Origin: the human T2T-CHM13v2.0 reference genome, Homo sapiens
NCBI GenBank assembly: GCA_009914755.4
Contig: CP086569.2
Span: 9,824,001 to 9,888,000 of the forward strand
Reading direction: 5' to 3'
DNA length: 64,000 bases
The position numbers and the translations under genes are program-made. Shown here one piece after another: positions 50,397 through 64,000 of the stretch (position 1 is the stretch's first letter; every line of letters starts with the position of its first letter). The notes beneath the pieces were generated by a model. It worked only from the letters and a program-made list of their open reading frames with translations. It had not been told where the DNA came from and searched no databases.

Positions 50397-53300
50397 GCTT
50401 GGCCACTTTAATTCCTCTACAATGGAATTCTGAGCAGCATGCTTAAGGGTCAATATCAGGAACTGCAGGTAGTCAGCCTGTGCTAGAAATATTCAGAGTG
50501 GGATTTTTCACATTATACAGTTTCATCTTCTGAGTGTACTTCCTGAGGCTATTGTTCTCTTCATATCTTGCAGATCTTTCTGTGCAAAAGGCCACATGCA
50601 CCAACAGTTTTTTTTTTTTTTTTTTTTTGCTAAGGGTCTTCTAATTAATTGGAGGACTTCAGTCGAAAAATTTCTAAGGACAAGATTTTTCCTCTTTTGG
50701 CTCAGGAAACTGCAGGCATCAGTTACACAACAATATTTAACAGTAGCACAGCTAATAAGTCATATCCATTGCCTTAAACAAAATGTACAGAATTCAGTAT
50801 TTTTAGTTACACACAAACACTATATAGGGTTTGCAATTAATCATTTTTATATTCTATATTCTCTCTGATACTGAACACAGAACTTCAAGAAGAGTTTCAC
50901 ACAATGATTTATTCAGTAAATATGCATAGAGTTGCATAAGTACTGAGATTAGAAAACATACCATGTATCTGCCCTCATCATGTTCTCATTCTATTAAATG
51001 CTGTAATAACACAACGTTGAGTCATAAAAGTTTCGAAAGAGAAGTACACACACAAAAAAAGCTAGGCAAATACATGGAACATTATGATCACTTAGAGCTG
51101 GTATCAGTTAAAGCCAGGTCTTCAAGACCCAGAAATGCCAGGATAGAAAGTATAGAACAAACTGTGTACACAAAGGCAAGTTTTTGTTGTTGTTGTTTTT
51201 GTTTCATAGGAAAATAAGATCAGAGTTTCACGAAGGTTGTAAGACTAATTGCAATATATAGGATGGGTTGAAGATCAGCAAGAGAAGACAGAAGGTGAGT
51301 TATGAGTTTTATTAAATGGTTAAACTAATAGATGATGGTGAACTGGGCAAGGAAAGTTGAAGCAAGGACTGGAAGAAAGAGACAGATGCAAGAATCATTG
51401 CAAAGATAAGGTACAAAAGTCTTGGCATGAGTTTTCAAGTTGAGGCTAGTAAAAAATATTGTGGGATTCTTGGCATTCATCTATCCATCAAATTATTCAA
51501 GGAATCTTTATTAAGATTCAATATTATTATTAATCTTTATTATTATTCAAGATTATTAAGATTTATGATTCATTGAATAATAAATATGCCATAAATATTT
51601 ATTACTATGCAACAAGCACTGTGCTGGGTTCTGGAGGTACAGCAATGAATATGGGGTTAATGGTCCCTGACTTCATAAAGCTTTATTTACAGGGAGAGAC
51701 AGATAATAAATAAAAGACACAAGCAGTTGTAAATGCTGTGAAGGAAATTTTGGGATTTTGAAAGAGTGTAACAGACAGTAGTGATGGTTGGTATAACAGA
51801 CAGAACTACTGTATATTGGGCACTAAGTGAAGCTTTCTCCAAAGAAGTCTTTTGTGAGATATCAGAAAGAGTAGCCATTGAAAAAGAGGGAAAAAAATCT
51901 GCCAAATCTCTAAAATAGGACAATTTTGGAATAGTTCTGTGTTTGAAGAACAGAGAGTTGCTAATGTGCAGAATAATGCTGAGAATTTGACTAAGAGGAA
52001 AATGGTAAAGTAACCAGCAGTTTTCATAGTACAGATGGGAATTCTGTCCTTGATAAAAGTAGTTCCAGTGGAATGAGACCAAAACCAAATTGAACTGAAC
52101 TGAAAAGCCAGTGGGAAGAAACGAGGGAAGTGGGTACAGCGTGCTCAGTGGAGAAAAGTAATGAAGGGGTAGGTGGCCGGGGGGTAAACAACGGGAAAAA
52201 TTCTAATTTATAAAAGCAATGTAAGAATTTAGATCGCAAATGTATATGTATACTGAGTTGGTAGAGAGGGAGGGATTAACATACATGAGAAAATAAAATT
52301 GAGAGCAGTGGATTGCGGTTTCTAGCACCTACAGTGCACTCTCACTTTGCCTGTGAGTTGGATAAGTGGCTGAAAGCTGATTCTTTTTCAAAGTTGGTTT
52401 CTGTTTGGGAAAGAAGGGAGTAGGGAACAACATGACACTGTACACTGCATAGCAAAATAAGGATATTGAGTACATAGGGAAGAAAGAGCTCAGGTACAAG
52501 AAGATCTTGTTCCTCAAACCACATGCTGCCTACTTTCTAGTCTAGCTTCACATTAGCCCTACTCCAGTTTCCAAAAGAACAATGATCGTTTCATTTAATC
52601 TAAGAGCATTTACATATCCCATCATATACATCTGTCATCTAAAAGAAGAAGGAGTATTTTAGGACTACAGATAAAAATAATGTAATATTAAGATTAAAAT
52701 CAAATAACAAATCTAGCTTCATTGAAAGTCTGTCTATACTGATATCTTATTTTTTTTTTAATTCTGCCAAGTATTAGTGAAAATATTCTCCCAGTCTTGT
52801 GTCTGTCTGGAAATCAGTATTGGGAAATCACTAGACTGATTGCCTTATGAAATTGCTTCCAATTCAAATTCTATAATTCAGTTAATAATTAGAAAACATA
52901 TCATATTTGAAGTAAAATAATTTCCTTTTTTATCTTCCATTCAAAAATCTTACAAATAAGTCTTCCTTTCCCAAGTGACCCTTGCAGTACTGTCAGCTAT
53001 ATAGAGATCTAAAGCAGCACTTTGCCACCTTCATCAGTTTCAAAGGCCTATCCTCCCAACTTTTCAGAGAGCCCACAGCATTTACAATAAACATATCTCT
53101 CTGCACAACAGGCAATAGCTGCTTCAACTGTTCTCTGTCAGCCTGAATGTTGATTAAGACCTCAGTAATCACACTCCACTCTGCACAAATCTAAAATCAC
53201 AAATGCAGATTAATTTATGAGAACAGAAGGAAAGGATTGAAAGAAAAAAAAGGCTGTCTTGCTCAAACAAAGGAAGACACAAAAGAAATCCCACTGCCTA

Positions 53301-55331
53301 CCTCATTTGTATATTTTTGTTTTAAAAATGTTCAAGCATCCTAGTATTTTTTAGCACTCTTAAAGAGACAGTTAAATATTGCATCAAATAAGACATGTAA
53401 AAAGATGACATGTTGTTAACAGGTGGACTCTAAACATGAGAATTTTCACTGGCTCACTGAGACCTCTGATCTGCAGGCATATGATTGATGACGCCTTTCT
53501 AATTCCAATAGCATGGGCCTGCAGCGAAGTTTATTTTACTGCAAGGTCTACTTTATTGAATTCACTGCCTGTCCTAATTCTATATATTTCTGATTAGCTG
53601 ACCTTCAGAACTGATGTTAGTAGAGGAAAATTGTTTTCTGATGTGCTAACATTTTAAACCTAATCATTCTTTTAAATAAGCAATTTGAGTTTGCAGCATT
53701 CTGCTCCTGTTATGTTTTATTAGTGTTTGTGCTTTAATTTGGTATGTTTGTTTTGGAATCACTCCAGCAGTAGGTCCAATTATAAAAATAGAATCAATTA
53801 GATTCACTGTGGTGTCTGATATAAGCATTCCAAGCTTAGCTTTTAAAACAAAATGGTAGACTTGGCTGTTTCCAGAGTCCTGCAAATAAAATGTATTGAT
53901 TCTGCAGGGCTTTCTCGACTGTAGCTTTTTGAAATTTTGTTCCCACTCTTCACATGTCCAAATCCACAATCTCCTAAACAGCTTTTATTGAGAACCACAA
54001 CCTCATCTCCTCCTTTTTCGAAGCAATTAAGTCCATCTAGCTGGAGAGCCCAAGTACAGTTTATTTTCCTCTTTAAAATCTCTCTCCAGTGCTTTCTACA
54101 CTGCTGTCAAGTAATAAGGGCCTGAATAAATCTTCCTTAAATGACAGGTTGAATGAATTTGTCCTCTCTTTTCTTTTCTCTGACTTGCACCAAGAGAAAT
54201 TTCAGTTTTCCAAGACTAAACTTTGTCAGTGATGTAGAATTTATCTGATTCTTTCTACTCATGCCTTCTTCAAGACCTTGATTCATCATGTATTTCTTCT
54301 TAGTCTAACTGTCTTTGGTATTCATTTCTTCCTTGGCCACTGAGTGGCTTCCTAATAATGCAGACAAATGTCTCAGTTTTGTGGAAAAGGTCTGAAGGGA
54401 ATGGTGATTTGGACAAGGCATCTGCATTGGAATACTAGTTTGGTTGGCAATATCCTGTTGCTTTACATCTGCATGGCAGAAATAAAACCATACACTTGTG
54501 TGGTTTCCATATCTGAGTTTTATCTTAAAATAAAAAGGTAAAAATAAAAACAAACAAAAAAGACACACACCAAGGACAAGAGGTTTATTAAAGCTGACGC
54601 AAATTAAAATAGAGACAAGACTTGAAGAATCTCTTAGAAGAAAAACAACAGTTAGGCCTCAGAAGTGACCTCAACCTTGCTTGATTTGCAAACATAAGCA
54701 AAACTTAAGTTGAGCTATTTCTTGTAAATGTTTATATCATAAATAAACCGAATGTAAACTCAACCAATCAGAAGCAGTTAACAAACTTATATAATCAGGA
54801 CTTTCCAATGGGATAGATCAAATGAGGCAACTGTATAATTGTAAACAATTAAATGCCATCTGCTTTACTTTTGTGTGTGTTTTATAAAATTCTCCCCATT
54901 GTCTTCCCTTGATGGAACTCCTGAATGGCTTCTAGTTTGGAGCTGCTCAATTCAGGGAATATTTCTTGCTCAAACTCTTTAAAAATGTGCCTCAGTTTAC
55001 CTGCTAACATTGGAAATGTTAGTCATTGGCTTCACAATGTGAACAATTCTAAAGGCTAGATAGTAACTCTTCTTGTAAGTCAAGCAATTTTCATTGCTTT
55101 GTTTTCAACAAAATTGAATGACTTGCAGTTGTCATGTGTATAGTTTTCAGTATTTAATTCATGAAGAATTCAAAGAATTGAGTGAAATTCCTTTAAAAAT
55201 TCCTTCTTCCATTCCTAAATACATATTCATGGGAACAAAGTCTCTTTTTGACACTTCCATCCATAGAAAGAAAAAAATAAAAATTGAACCAATAATGAAT
55301 CCAGCCTCACTCTGGCATTTAGTAATAGTTA

Positions 55332-61475
<6,144 letters not shown>

Positions 61476-61497
61476 AACATATTTTCTTTTTTTTCTA

Positions 61498-61498
<1 letters not shown>

Positions 61499-61534
<36 letters not shown>
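61499..61534. repeat. (TG)n microsatellite
   Basis: Reads tgtgtgtgtg x18. Confidence 0.9.
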
Positions 61535-61537
<3 letters not shown>

Positions 61538-61831
61538 TGGAGTTTTGCTCTAGTTGCCCAGGCTAGAGTGCAATGGCGCAGTCTTGGCTCACTTCCACCT
61601 GTCTCCTGGGTTCAAGCGATTCCCCTGCCTCAGCCACCTGAGTAGCTGGGATTACAAGCATGTGACACAATGCCCAGCTAATTTTGTATTTTAAGTAGAG
61701 ATGGGGTTTCTCCATGTTGGTCAGGCTGATCTGAAACTCCCAACCTCAGGTGATCCACATGGCTTGGCCTCCCAAAGTGCTGAGATTACAGACATGAGCC
61801 ACTGTGTACAGGCATGAGCCACCGTGCCCGG
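61535..61831 (-). mobile_element. Alu (antisense)
   Basis: Reads 'gaaatggagttttgctctagttgcccaggctagagtgcaatggcgc...gagccaccgtgcccgg'. Confidence 0.85.
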
Positions 61832-63811
61832 TCAAGAAATGTATTTTAAATAAATATTAACATTGTGTGTTTAGCATTTATTTTCCAAAAAAAACTTAAC
61901 ATACTCTTTTCAATCAATTCTATGCTCTATTAATTGAAACTGGCAAGTATGTTTATCAAAACAATAAGGGTAGTTTTTTTTGTATTGTTGCATTTCATGT
62001 GTTTTTTTTTTTTACGTCCTTCTTTGTACTTTTTGTATTTCTAAATCCTACAGTGGGCACATATCATTTTTCACTGAATAACGCAATAAGCTATTAATGT
62101 TATTAAAAAATACTTTCCCTTGAAAACACCTCCCTAAAGCTATTTATCTTTTCTCATGTTTGCTTATCTCCTTTTCATCATTATTCACTCATCTCATTTT
62201 CCACAAGAATCCTGCCCCGACTACTCCACTGAAAATATACTCTTCAAGGTCAACCTGATCATTACAAAATCTTCTTTCTTTACTTCCTTTGACAACTCTC
62301 CACAAAATTCAGTATAGTCAAGTTGACTGAGCCTTGCAAAGTGTGTCCCTTGGCTGTTCACTCCCTTCTTTTCTTTCCCCTTCTGCTGGCATCTTCTCTC
62401 TCTCTTTGATTGGCTTTATTATGTCATCTGCTAATTGTGAAATGTAAACCCAAGCCTAAATATTTAGGATACCACTAGCTATGTGTATCCAGGTCAGTAT
62501 ATCATGGTTGAATAACTTTCCAGCCTGCATTCACTATTCAGAGTGTTCCCTGACCTTGAGTCATAGTTCCATAACTGCCATTTTCAGTGGGATATCTTAA
62601 CACCACCTTAAACCCAACATGTCTAAAACCACATCTGTTGCTCCAAGTCAGTTTTCCCTCTAGACCATACTTGTCCTGCCACAGAACGAGGTCACAACTT
62701 CATTGCTTTTGCAATAGCCTTTCAGAAAAAAAACAAGAAAAAGCCACAAAGTGATCTTCAGCTACAGTAGAAAGATGAAAACAGAAAACACAGAAATCTG
62801 AATACAAGTATATTTATTTTTCAAGAAGATTTCATAGAAGGAATCAGACCAATATATTACTATGTTAGTTTAAGCATAGCCATAAAAGTAAATTTGGCTT
62901 TAAATTTGGAGTCAGTCAATCTCTGGAGAGAAATGTGTTCATTACCAATATTAGCAGCATTTTATCCTCCAAGTCATTTGGGTTAAAAATCATGGGGAGG
63001 TACAATTCTCTGTTTTTAACCCTTATATTCAGTCTTTTGCCTACTCTTGTCAAGTATTTTTGAATGTCTTTTGTTGTTTGTTACATTTGTATTCCCACAA
63101 AATACCTAATTCAGGTCATGTTCACCTAACATTAAGATGTTACAACACTCAAACTCTTAACTGATACACTTGACATCCATTGTCTTCCATATTCTGTTCC
63201 TGTTTGTATAAATTCAACCTGCTTTAAAAGTTATATTTGGTAGTTGATGACTATAAGAGAGAGACTGTAAACCTGAGTTTTCAAGGTGTATAAAATCTGA
63301 TCAGAAGCTGGTTTCCAATCTAATCCACAACTATATTTTTTCACAAACTATGTCTAATCAGCTTTGATAAATGCTAAGTATGAAGGAAATAAAAATGGTG
63401 CATACATAGTTAAGGAAACAGCATATTGGAAGCAGAGGTTAGGTAGAATCTAGTGAATGTCGCAAATAAGTAGAGAGCCTAGGACAAATGTTTAGAGGTT
63501 GAATTAAGTAGGAGCCAGTAAAGGAGAGTGATAAAGAGAAGTCAGTGAGGTAGGAAGAAAACAAAGTTAAATGAGACATTACAAAAAACAAGGGAAGAAG
63601 ATGTTCAAACAAAGAGAAAATGACTAACACTTTAAGAGTGATAGATGACCATTAAATTGGAAATATGGAAGTCACTGATGACTTTGACAAAAGCGAGATC
63701 TATGGAGTGGACAGATAGAAATTTGGAGTGGTTTAAGGAGTGACCAGAATTTTGAGAAAAAGAAACAGTGAGTATTGACAACAACTCTTTTTTTTCTTTT
63801 TCTTTTTCTTT

Positions 63812-64000
63812 TCTTTGTTTTTTTTTTTTTTTTTTTTTTGAGATGGAATCTTACTCTGTCACCCAGGCTGGAGTGCAGTGGTATGATCTTGGCACACTGC
63901 AACCTCCGCCTCCCAGGTTAAACCAATTCTCCTGCATCAGTCTCCACGCCTGGCTAATTTTTGTTGTATTTTCGTAGTTTTAGAAGAGACAGGTTTCACC
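63812..64000 (-). mobile_element. Alu (antisense, with a poly-T leader), truncated by the window end
   Basis: Reads 'ttttttttttttttttttttgagatggaatcttactctgtcacccaggctggagtgcagtggtatgatcttggcacactgcaacctccgcctcccaggtt'. Confidence 0.85.

Overview
This window is human Y-chromosome sequence from the edge of the TSPY / DYZ5 tandem array (Yp11.2). It is not prokaryotic DNA, and I find no evidence of a novel defence or operon-type 'system'. Nearly all six-frame ORFs are chance frames in GC-rich or repeat sequence.

Array structure:
- There are three tandem copies of the ~20.4 kb DYZ5 unit at 1..20316, 20317..40999 and 41000..47277.
- The third copy is truncated after ~6.3 kb.
- Unique flanking sequence follows (47278..64000), full of Alus and one L1.

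Genes and pseudogenes:
- Unit 1 carries an apparently intact six-exon TSPY gene on the + strand (CDS 12599..15177). Every intron has GT-AG splice sites.
- It encodes a 314-aa product, the canonical TSPY1 plus an in-frame 18-bp VEVVAE insertion.
- Unit 2 carries a frameshifted TSPY pseudogene (32805..35354).
- Each unit is itself built from older, degenerate TSPY paralogs on the opposite strand.
- One is an inverted TSPY-like pseudogene lying head-to-head with the real gene. It has exon-1-like and exon 3-5-like pieces with intron positions preserved. It occupies 8709..11975 in unit 1 and 28921..32181 in unit 2. The two genes flank a shared CpG island, forming a ~6.5 kb quasi-palindrome.
- A second inverted fragment with exon 2-5 homologs occupies 341..1740, with copies at 20657..22060 and 41330..42750.

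Other observations:
- Divergence between units is mosaic. Patches that are nearly identical sit next to much more diverged segments, which suggests gene-conversion tracts.
- Array homology ends exactly at an Alu fragment (~47277).
- A ~6.06 kb L1 at 55419..61475 has a twin-priming-type 5' inversion, with the junction in ORF2.
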